From: Acidobacteriota bacterium
GTDB lineage: Bacteria; Acidobacteriota; Thermoanaerobaculia; Multivoradales; UBA5704
Length of the DNA stretch: 64,000 nt
Direction of reading: 5' to 3'
NCBI GenBank assembly: GCA_046765915.1
Contig: JBKPTH010000123.1
Location: forward strand, 1,713-65,712
The notes beneath the pieces are model-generated. The model made no database searches. It worked only from the letters and a program-made list of their open reading frames with translations, and was not told the origin of the DNA. Below are positions 33,612 to 41,086 of the stretch, piece by piece; position 1 is the stretch's first letter; every line of letters starts with the position of its first letter. The position numbers were made by a program, and so were the translations under genes.

Positions 33612-35277
33612 GCACGGCGGCGCGGCCACCGGTCCGATTCGAGACGGCGGGGGGAGCGGAATTCGAGAGATACACCTCCAGCCGCACCGCCGGAGCAAAC
33701 CCCGCCTCCGCCGCGCCCTTGGGCTGCACGACGAGGAGGTCCGAGCGGCGATCGCCGTCGAGGTCGCGGATCTGCACCAGCGAGAGGTCGCGCGGCTCCT
33801 CGCGCAGGTCGAAGGCGAGGTCCGGCGCGGCGGGAAAGCTACAGTCCGGCCGGCCGCGGTGGATGGTCACCCGCCGGCCGCGGCCGAGCTGCACGAAGTC
33901 GGCGCGGCCGTCGCCGTCGAAATCTCCCGAGAACAGCGAGAGCTGGCTCACCCGCAAGTCGTTGAGGTTGACGCGGAAAGTGCCGGAGAGATCGAGCCCT
34001 TTCACGGCGCGAAATCCACCGTCCGGCTGCTGGCACCAGACGTGGAAGTCGAGCCCGACGCTGAGCCTCTTGGTGGCGAGGCTGCCCAGGAGCTTCGGCA
34101 GGCCGACGTCGAGGGTCATGGTGACGAGATCCTGGCGGCCGTCGCCGTTGAGATCGCGGAAGCCTCCCGGCAGGTCCACCTCGCTCTCCTCGTCCCCGAA
34201 GCCGTAGCCGGTGACGTCGAAGGTGCGGTAGGGCGTCTTCTCCGGCACGAGGTCCGGGCTCAGCCGCCGGAGGGTGAGCCGGCCGTGCGGCTGGCGGGCT
34301 TTCTCGAGCTCCTTGCGGAGACCGCCGCGATTGGGATCGTCCAGGCTCTGGCGCAGCACGACTTGGGACCGCCCATCGCCGGTGAGGCTGCCCATCCAGA
34401 CGGGATTGGGTCCGCGGCGATCTCCCGTGCCGAGAGTCACTTCGACCGCCGGCAGAAAGCGTCCCTGGCCGGCGTTGCGCGCCACCCGGACCGAGCGCCA
34501 GCGCTTGGCCGGATCGCGGAAGATGAGGTCCGGCCGGCCGTCGCCGTTGACGTCCTGCACGGTGGGCAGCGGATATTTGTGCTCGAGATCGCCGGCCGAG
34601 CGGTACCGCTCTCCGGGCACGGGCAGACGCGAGGCGGCCCGGCGCGCCAGACCCTTCCCTTCCGCACGGCCGAGATACACGGCGAGGCCGTCGCGGGCCG
34701 GCAGCAGGAGATCCGCGGCGCCGTCGCCATTGACGTCCTGCATCAGGTGGAGATCGCCGAGGAAATTGCCCGTGCCGGCGAGCACCGGCGGATCGGCGAT
34801 CCACGGCTCCAGGCGCGGCCCGCCATCCGCGCCGAGCCGCAGGACGCTCGCGCCCTCGTCCGTGAGCGCGATCACGGGTGTTCCCGGCGGGCCGGCCTCC
34901 AAGCCAAGCACGGAGAGAGGAAGCGGCAGGCTGCGCGGCGGCTCGTAGGAACCGTCCGGCCGCGCGCGGTAGACCCGCACCTCGCGGCGGTCCATCACCG
35001 CCGGCACGATGGTCATCACCTCCACCAGCCCCGTCACGTCGTCCATCGTGCTGCTCTCGGTGATGGCGATCTCGTCCCACTGGTTGTAGGCGACCACCAC
35101 GACGAGATCCCGCCGGCCGTCGCCATCCACGTCGGAGGAGACCACCGCGGCGGGAGCGCCGGGGAGATCGAGCGTCAGGGAGCGCAGGGAGGAAACCGCG
35201 GGCTTTCCGGAACCAGGCGCCGGCACGAAAAGGACCGCAGCAATCAGGACCGCGAGGCAAGGACGGATCGGCTCCAC
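33460..35277 (-). CDS. FG-GAP/VCBS repeat protein, secreted (C-terminal ~45 aa are a translation of the repeat element)
   Basis: Signal peptide, then repeated DVDGDGRRDLVV, DVNGDGAADLLL, DVNGDGRPDLIF, DLNGDGRQDLV, DFDGDGRADFV, DLDGDRRSDLLV. Confidence 0.7.
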   Translation of the reverse strand: MEPIRPCLAVLIAAVLFVPAPGSGKPAVSSLRSLTLDLPGAPAAVVSSDVDGDGRRDLVVVVAYNQWDEIAITESSTMDDVTGLVEVMTIVPAVMDRREVRVYRARPDGSYEPPRSLPLPLSVLGLEAGPPGTPVIALTDEGASVLRLGADGGPRLEPWIADPPVLAGTGNFLGDLHLMQDVNGDGAADLLLPARDGLAVYLGRAEGKGLARRAASRLPVPGERYRSAGDLEHKYPLPTVQDVNGDGRPDLIFRDPAKRWRSVRVARNAGQGRFLPAVEVTLGTGDRRGPNPVWMGSLTGDGRSQVVLRQSLDDPNRGGLRKELEKARQPHGRLTLRRLSPDLVPEKTPYRTFDVTGYGFGDEESEVDLPGGFRDLNGDGRQDLVTMTLDVGLPKLLGSLATKRLSVGLDFHVWCQQPDGGFRAVKGLDLSGTFRVNLNDLRVSQLSLFSGDFDGDGRADFVQLGRGRRVTIHRGRPDCSFPAAPDLAFDLREEPRDLSLVQIRDLDGDRRSDLLVVQPKGAAEAGFAPAVRLEVYLSNSAPPAVSNRTGGRAAVPPHLPGPPLPPHTRPPGERRETAEEEISLLFKTPSLPVGGSAVGERGKGE

Positions 35278-35573
35278 ACCCCTAGCCTACGCGGAACAGG
35301 AGCCGTCCGTCGCGTCCTATGTGGCCGCCCTGGGGGAAGGGGCGGGGTTACATCCCCGAAGCCGAGAGGGTCGCCGCCGCGAACAGCAGGAGGACGGACG
35401 TGAGCGACAGCGCCAGCATCTTGACGAACTCTTTGGTCATGGCCGGTTGCCTTTCCGATGGATTCCCGTCACCCCCTACAGGCGACGCACCCGCCTCCAT
35501 CGTTACAACGACCGGGAGAGGCGGACTCCCTCACCACCGTCGGGCGTCAGCAATGCCTGGCGAGGGGGAGCCG

Positions 35574-35875
35574 AACATCGGCAGGATGACCGGAGGCATC
35601 CTCAACCTGACTGCTGTCATCCTCAACATGACTGAAGTCATCCTCAGAATGACTGGAGTCATGTTCAACATGACACCTGTCAGCTTGAAGAATACTTGAG
35701 TCATCCTTGACATGACCGCGGTCAGCCTCAGGATGACCAGTGGTCATGTTCAACGTGACACCTGTCAGCTTGAAGAATACTTGAGTCATCCTTGACGTGA
35801 CCGCGGGCATCCTCAGGATGACCGGGAGTCATGTTCAACCTGACTGCGGTCATCCTCGACGTGACCAGGCGTCAG
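35574..35875. repeat. Tandem array of ~14 degenerate 21-bp units, each with a GTCAT-N7-ATGAC dyad; higher-order ~85-bp duplication
   Basis: Units read directly, e.g. gtcatcctcaacatgactgaa (35615-35635) and gtcatcctcagaatgactgga (35636-35656). 35657-35741 is nearly identical to 35742-35826. Confidence 0.9.
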
Positions 35876-36195
35876 GGACCGCCAAGAACATGTCGCCTGC
35901 CGCGGGATCCCGGACGCCCAATCACTACCCTAAGCGGCTGATCTGCAATCACTTAGCATACTGGTGCCGCCTCTTCTGGCGAGGAGCAGGGTGATGGAAG
36001 GCGGTGCTGTGGAAGGCGGAGCTTCTCGAAAACGCCAAGGCGCCGCGCGTTTTTTGGTCAGCATACTGCTCATCTTGTTGGCACTTCTCAGCGGTAGCGG
36101 CGGCACCGGGCACCAAGGCGACCCTGGGGAATACGCCTGGGGAATCGCCTCCCTGGGGAATCGCCTGGCACTTCTTCTGGGGAGATCACAATGGC

Positions 36196-37041
36196 TCAGG
36201 AGCTCGACAGGACCTCGCCGGCGGAGGCAGCCTGGATAGCCCGGCTCAGCCACCGGTTCAGGCGATCGAGGTCGTGGCAGCGGAGGATCTCCTGCCGCTG
36301 CGCTTCGCTGACCGCCACACCGCGCGCTTCCAGCACCTTGAGAATGGCCGAGGCTTTTTCCTCGCTCCTCGCCGCAGCTTCCCGCTGCCGGATCGCCGGG
36401 TTGCCCTTGGCGGCCAAAGCCGCGACCACGGCGTCGTCAGCCGCGGCGGCGTCGAGCAGAGCGGCGACGACAAGCGGTACGACGAAGCACGGATCCTCGA
36501 TCCGCGAGTCCGCCGCCAATGGCCGCCAGCTCTGGCTCTCGGGGGACCACTCACAGACCCGCCGATCTTTGACCCAGACCGCGAAGATCCGGCGCACCCC
36601 GCAGCGATACATCCGCAGGGCTTTCTCTCTTACATACCGTTCCTTCTGCTCCGACACCACCTCAAAGGCGATCTCCTCCAGGTAGCGCCCGCCGGTCTGA
36701 GGATCGACGCCCTTCTTGCGCACGCAGGTATCGGTGGCGAAGTCGGACTCTTCGTCGTGGCGGGTGAGCAGGTCCGTTGCCACGCCGTAGCCGGAAGCCA
36801 CATGGGCCCGCACGACGTAGTCGAGCTCGGTGTGCTCCGTGGCGTGAGGCTCATGGGCCGGCGACAAGACCACTCGTTGGCCGCCTATGATCTCGTCGCG
36901 CGTAATCTCGGCCTCGACCAGATGATCGTCGAGCCCGGGGAAGGAGCCGCGGCCCGGCAGGTGCCGCGGGGAGCCCGCATCCGAAGAGCCGGGAGCCTTG
37001 AGCCTATAAGGCGGGCGGTTTTCATCCATCGCCGAAATCAT
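36196..37041 (-). CDS. Uma2 (DUF820) family PD-(D/E)xK endonuclease with DUF4351-like C-terminal tail
   Basis: The layout LVEAEITRDEIIGG...PAHEPHATEHTELDYVV...DLLTRHDEE..FATDTCV...YLEEIAFEVVSEQ is Uma2-like. The tail ILKVLEARGVAVSEAQRQEILRCHDLDRLNRWLSRAIQAAS resembles DUF4351. Start ATG at 37041 or 37029. Confidence 0.65.
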   Translation of the reverse strand: MISAMDENRPPYRLKAPGSSDAGSPRHLPGRGSFPGLDDHLVEAEITRDEIIGGQRVVLSPAHEPHATEHTELDYVVRAHVASGYGVATDLLTRHDEESDFATDTCVRKKGVDPQTGGRYLEEIAFEVVSEQKERYVREKALRMYRCGVRRIFAVWVKDRRVCEWSPESQSWRPLAADSRIEDPCFVVPLVVAALLDAAAADDAVVAALAAKGNPAIRQREAAARSEEKASAILKVLEARGVAVSEAQRQEILRCHDLDRLNRWLSRAIQAASAGEVLSSS

Positions 37042-37131
37042 AGCAGAGCGCGCTCTGCTGCGTCCTTGCGGTGATCGTCGCCTGGCTTGGCAGCTTGGTA
37101 GGGGATAATGTATCGGGCGAGAGGTGGGATT

Positions 37132-37381
37132 ATGCCGAAAGCCAAAGTTTCCGTGACAATCGAGGATTCCCTGCTCCGGGCAGGTGGATCGAATGGCGCG
37201 CGGGGCGAGCCGCAGCGAAGTGTTCGAGGATGCGCTCACCAGTTGGCTGCGGAATCGCCGCCGCGAGAGGCTGGAAGAGGAGATTGAGCTCTATTACCGC
37301 TCCCTCGGTGACGCCGAACGCGAGGAAGACTCCGCCTGGGCGGAGCTCTCCGGCCGATTTCTGGGCGAGAGCTGGAGATGA
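37132..37381 (+). pseudogene. Ribbon-helix-helix (CopG-type) antitoxin with +1 frameshift in a G run
   Basis: MPKAKVSVTIEDSLLR (frame of 37132) continues as (Q)VDRMARGASRSEVFEDALTSWL in the frame of 37184. Removing one G of cggg 37177-37180 restores a canonical RHH N-terminus. Confidence 0.55.
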
Positions 37382-37482
37382 GCGGCGGCCCGAGGAAGTC
37401 GAGAGAGGTGTTCTACGCGCGATCGGAGTCGTGGTGTGATGGCGGGTGGTGTCCTTGTCTTGTAGGGCGGTCCATATTCTGA
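37378..37482 (+). pseudogene. Short ORF coupled to the RHH gene; possible truncated toxin (PemK/MazF-like N-terminus?)
   Basis: ATG 37378 overlaps the RHH TGA (ATGA). MSGGPRKSREVFYA weakly resembles the RGEVWWA start of MazF/PemK toxins. The ORF stops after 34 codons just before mrr. Confidence 0.3.
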
Positions 37483-37494
37483 CGGAGGAGAGCC

Positions 37495-38427
37495 GTGTCC
37501 ATTCCTGATTACGAGACCTTGATGCTTCCCCTTTTGAACTTTGCGGCCAAGGAATCACAGGCAGAGCTCTCGACGCGTGATGCCGCGCTTGCTCTGGCTG
37601 ACCAATTTCAACTGTCGGACGAGGAGCGAGCTGCTCTTCTCCCTAGCGGAGGAACTCTCGTATTCCCCAGTCGTGTAAGCTGGGCGTGCACTTATCTCAA
37701 GAAGGCAGGTCTTCTTGTTGCCACCCGGCGAGGTTTCTTCCAGATTACGAGCCGGGGCTTGGACGTACTCAAGTCCAATCCTAAGAGTGTCGACAATGAC
37801 TTTCTGGACCGATTCCCAGAATTCAGAGAATTCAGGACCAGGGGGAAGAGAGAGACTCGCGGGCCTGCTAAGCCTGAAGGAGGGGAGCCGACCGGTGTTC
37901 CAGAAGAGGTGATTGCCAATCAGTACGAACTACAGCGTAAAGCTCTTGCCGCCCAGCTTCTTGACGCGGTGAAGAATGCTTCACCACAGTTCTTTGAGCG
38001 TCTTGTTGTGATGCTCCTGGTCAAGATGGGCTATGGCGGAACGCTGCAAGATGCGGGCGCCGCAGTAGGGCGTAGTGGCGATGGAGGCGTTGATGGTGTC
38101 ATCAAAGAGGATAAGCTTGGCCTTGACACAATCTACCTTCAAGCAAAGCGATGGGATGACAAACCAGTGGGATCGCCGCAGATCGACCAATTTGCAGGTG
38201 CCCTTCAGAAGAAAAAGGCGCGCAAGGGAGTATTTCTTACTACCTCTACTTTCACCAACGAAGCCTTGCGGTCTGTTGCAGAGTACTCAGCGCGTATCGT
38301 ACTTATAGATGGCCAGACTTTGGCGGAACTCATGATTGACCACGATGTGGGTGTCTCCGTGACAACAACCTATCAGCTAAAGAGGATTGATTCCGACTTT
38401 TTTGATGAGGGTTACGAGAGCACATAG
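37495..38427 (+). CDS. mrr: Mrr restriction system protein (type IV restriction endonuclease)
   Basis: N-terminal Mrr_N winged helix (IPDYETLMLPLLNFAA...SRVSWACTYLKKAGLL). Catalytic core GDGGVDGVI...IYLQAKRW...KGVFLTTSTFT. GTG start with GGAGGAG upstream. AT-richer than the flanks. Confidence 0.9.
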   Translation: MSIPDYETLMLPLLNFAAKESQAELSTRDAALALADQFQLSDEERAALLPSGGTLVFPSRVSWACTYLKKAGLLVATRRGFFQITSRGLDVLKSNPKSVDNDFLDRFPEFREFRTRGKRETRGPAKPEGGEPTGVPEEVIANQYELQRKALAAQLLDAVKNASPQFFERLVVMLLVKMGYGGTLQDAGAAVGRSGDGGVDGVIKEDKLGLDTIYLQAKRWDDKPVGSPQIDQFAGALQKKKARKGVFLTTSTFTNEALRSVAEYSARIVLIDGQTLAELMIDHDVGVSVTTTYQLKRIDSDFFDEGYEST

Positions 38428-38477
38428 CGGTGGCTGATGTACCAGAGGAATACGTGAGTGTCGAGCAGCAGCCTCAT
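38412..38477 (-). pseudogene. Truncated PIN-domain VapC toxin (21 codons)
   Basis: MRLLLDTHVFLWYIS is the canonical VapC N-terminus. ATG 38477 overlaps the antitoxin TGA (ATGA). The frame then runs into the mrr 3' end and stops at 38412-38414. Confidence 0.6.
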
Positions 38478-38713
38478 TGGCCCTCGAATTCCCGCAGGAT
38501 CTCCTCAGGCAGCGACGCGTCGAAGTCATCCGGAACTGTGAATTCCCCGGCGCAGAGGCCGAACGGCCGCGGACCAGGCTGGGTGACGGGAACGGGCCGC
38601 AGCTCGGCGACTGCTCGTCCGCCACGGACTACGACGAGGCGTTCTCCAGCCTCAACCCGGTCCAAGAGAGAATCCGGATCCTGTTGAAGCTCTTTTGCGC
38701 TCACAGTACCCAT
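38474..38713 (-). CDS. Phd/YefM-type antitoxin
   Basis: MGTVSAKELQQDPDSLLDRVEAGERLVVVRGGRAVAELRPV is a typical prevent-host-death family pattern. ATG at 38713. Confidence 0.75.
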   Translation of the reverse strand: MGTVSAKELQQDPDSLLDRVEAGERLVVVRGGRAVAELRPVPVTQPGPRPFGLCAGEFTVPDDFDASLPEEILREFEGQ

Positions 38714-38899
38714 ACCGGAATTGTAGCAGGCCGAGATTGCCACGTTGGACGGGTCCGAACTTGACGAGTCTCTGCCGAGCCAGCGGTGAGACCTTGACGC
38801 CCTCCGCCGCCACGTAGAGAATCGCTCAGCCTTTCGCCAGCATCGCGCTTCCTCGGAACGTTGACGGCCGTCTCGCGTGTGGGACGGCGGGAGACCGCC

Positions 38900-39409
38900 A
38901 TGAGCCGATTCCTCGACTTCTTTTCAAAACAGCAAGCTGGCATCGCCGTCTTTCTCGGCAGCGTGCTCGTCCTGGTGCTCCTCGTGCAGTGGCTGGCGTG
39001 GATCTTCCGCTGGGGCCGGTTCGGCCGCAAGCAGCCGGAGAGGACTTCGCAGCTCCGCTTCGTCATCGCCGACCTCTTCGTCAAGATCATCAACGACTTC
39101 CGCCACCTCCTGGCCCTCGTCATCATGCTGATCTTCGCCGCGACGCTGGCGGCCGTTCTGCTTTGGGCTCCTCATTTCAAGGAGGTGAAAGACGGGCTCC
39201 AGGTGGTGGTGGCGGCCATGGGCGGTCTCGTCGGCTCGATCATCGGCTACTACTTCGGCGAATCCGCGGCCAAGGCAAAACCCGCGGGCGAGTCCGCCGA
39301 GGAATCACCCGCCGCGGCCTCCGGACAGCCGGTGCAGGACCCGAACGCGCCCGCCGCTCCGGACATCCGCGAGGCGCCCCCTCTGCCGGAAGGGGCCAAG
39401 GTCGATTAG
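38900..39409 (+). CDS. Hypothetical membrane protein (3 predicted TM) with Pro/Ala-rich tail
   Basis: Hydrophobic segments IAVFLGSVLVLVLLVQWLAWIF, LLALVIMLIFAATLAAVLLW, VVVAAMGGLVGSIIGYYF. Start at ATG 38900. Confidence 0.5.
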   Translation: MSRFLDFFSKQQAGIAVFLGSVLVLVLLVQWLAWIFRWGRFGRKQPERTSQLRFVIADLFVKIINDFRHLLALVIMLIFAATLAAVLLWAPHFKEVKDGLQVVVAAMGGLVGSIIGYYFGESAAKAKPAGESAEESPAAASGQPVQDPNAPAAPDIREAPPLPEGAKVD

Positions 39410-39451
39410 GATGGTCATCGGGCGCCTAAAGGCGCCGCGGAGGAACCCGGT

Positions 39452-39838
39452 ATGAAGCGACCACTAGAGCTACAGATCAAGGATTCCGCGTTCGATCCGG
39501 ACGTCCCCGACCGCGGTAAGGACCAGAGGATCCTCATCCGGCAGACGAACGGCCGCACCCTCTACCGCATCTTCATCTATCTCGACGGTCCCGACCTTCC
39601 CTTCGTGCAAGCCGTCACCTACTTCCTCCATCCGACGTTCAAGCCGAGCCAGCGCACCGTCTCCCGCACGCCGCGCAATCCCACCTGCAAGCTCGAGCTC
39701 TGGACCTGGGGGATCTTCGAGATCAGCGCCCGCGTCATCGACAAATCCGGCGACACGTTCCCGCTCACCCACACGCTGGAGTACGAGCGCGAGATCTCGC
39801 AGAAGGGCGTGGCCTTCTCCACCGCGCCTGCAGGATAG
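39452..39838 (+). CDS. pYEATS (prokaryotic YEATS-like) domain protein
   Basis: YRIFIYLDGPDLPFVQAVTYFLHPTFKPSQRTVSR...KLELWTWGIFEISARVIDKSGDTFPLTHTLEY fits the pYEATS pattern as I recall it (W.v.l.G.d...v..V.Y.LHPTF.....v......F.l...GWG.F.i.a.v..kdG....L.h.L). Confidence 0.6.
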   Translation: MKRPLELQIKDSAFDPDVPDRGKDQRILIRQTNGRTLYRIFIYLDGPDLPFVQAVTYFLHPTFKPSQRTVSRTPRNPTCKLELWTWGIFEISARVIDKSGDTFPLTHTLEYEREISQKGVAFSTAPAG

Positions 39839-39875
39839 GAACGCCGCGCGGCCACCTGGCACCGCGGCCGAACCC

Positions 39876-40148
39876 ATGAACAAACCCTCCCGGCGCTTGG
39901 TCCGTATATACCTGATAACCGGCGGGCTGTTCATCCTCTTCGGCTTTGCCCAGTTTGTCTTTTCCCTTGGTCTTGATGCGCTCGGCGTGATCGAGGTTGG
40001 CAACGCTCTGGGGCTCGGCTTGCTTCTCTGGATCTCCGTGGCTGTCGGGTTCTTCTTCTTGTTGCTCGGGTTGGTGCTCGCGGCGTTCCTCGGCAAAGAC
40101 CCGCCGCCGCGGCCCCGAGTCGCCGGCAACCCCTTCGACGGTGAGTGA
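39876..40148 (+). CDS. Small membrane protein (90 aa, 2-3 TM)
   Basis: Hydrophobic segments only. Confidence 0.4.
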   Translation: MNKPSRRLVRIYLITGGLFILFGFAQFVFSLGLDALGVIEVGNALGLGLLLWISVAVGFFFLLLGLVLAAFLGKDPPPRPRVAGNPFDGE

Positions 40149-40155
40149 CGTAACG

Positions 40156-40551
40156 ATGCGGATCCTCGCCTTTGTGCTCAGTGGCGTGACGCTCTTCGGG
40201 ATTCTCTGGGTGGGTGCCTGGCTCGTCGTCTGGCTTGTCATCTATCCGGCCTTCCCCGAGTACTTCGGACACTATCGGTTCTACAGAACGTGCAAGAGCC
40301 TCAGGCCAGGGATGACCCTGCAGGATGCAAGGACGGCCATGGCGCCGTTTCTGGAGGTGGGCACGAACTGGAAGCCTCCGGGTGATATCCCCGCGGGGAT
40401 CATGAGCGCTACCGTCATGGGAGTCGACGAGACCAGGAAAGAGCACGACTCGCGGGTCCTCTTCATTCCGGACGCCAGGAACATCGCGGATTGGTGCATC
40501 GTCTACCCGGAGAACGGGAAGGTCAGGCGGGTGGACATCTCACCCGATTGA
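40156..40551 (+). CDS. Membrane-anchored hypothetical protein (131 aa)
   Basis: ATG at 40156. N-terminal TM segment MRILAFVLSGVTLFGILWVGAWLVVWLVIY followed by a soluble domain. Confidence 0.4.
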   Translation: MRILAFVLSGVTLFGILWVGAWLVVWLVIYPAFPEYFGHYRFYRTCKSLRPGMTLQDARTAMAPFLEVGTNWKPPGDIPAGIMSATVMGVDETRKEHDSRVLFIPDARNIADWCIVYPENGKVRRVDISPD

Positions 40552-40693
40552 GCCCGCCCGAGCCGGCCTGAAGTATTGCCTCGCCAGGGGAGGCTTGACA
40601 CCGCTCCACGAGAGGTGCTAGTGTATCAGCATCATGCTGGTACATTGGCACTCCGTTGATGCACCCGCACTCTCCGGCCGGTGGGAGGACGAC

Positions 40694-41086
40694 ATGGCGA
40701 AGCCGCTTTCCGATCTCGGGCGCCGCGAACGGCAGATCATGGAGGTCCTCTTCCGCCGCGGGCAGGCAACGGCGGCGGAAGTGCTCGCGGACCTGCCCGA
40801 TCCGCCTTCCTACTCCTCGGTGCGCAGCATGCTCCGCCTGCTGGAGGAGAAAGGCTACGTCGCTCACCAGTGGGAGGGGCCGCGCCACGTCTTCCGCCCG
40901 ACGGCGGACCCGGAGCAGGCCCAGCGCTCGGCCGTGCGCGACCTGCTGCACACCTTCTTCAACAATTCCGTGGAGTCGGCGGTCGCCGCCATGCTGGGCG
41001 CCGCCGAGAAGCCGCTTTCCGAGGAACAGGTTCGGCGCCTCTCGAAGCTCATCGAGCAGGCGCGCCGGAAGGGAGCCCGCAAATGA
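40694..41086 (+). CDS. BlaI/MecI/CopY family transcriptional repressor
   Basis: RERQIMEVLFRRGQATAAEVLADLPDPPSYSSVRSMLRLLEEKGYV is the winged-helix Penicillinase_R pattern. The stop overlaps the next start (ATGA). Confidence 0.85.
   Translation: MAKPLSDLGRRERQIMEVLFRRGQATAAEVLADLPDPPSYSSVRSMLRLLEEKGYVAHQWEGPRHVFRPTADPEQAQRSAVRDLLHTFFNNSVESAVAAMLGAAEKPLSEEQVRRLSKLIEQARRKGARK

Noticed and set aside
35319-35810. ORFs running through the 21-bp array (35319..35699, 35321..35635, 35531..35713, 35547..35810) as genuine heptad-repeat proteins
   Set aside because: All frames are open simply because the period is a multiple of 3. No frame has a convincing RBS, start or flanking domain. Not strictly excluded; noted in the finding.
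35574-35875. The 21-bp tandem array as a CRISPR array
   Set aside because: The units are directly abutting with no unique spacers, the unit length is too short, and there are no cas genes in the window.
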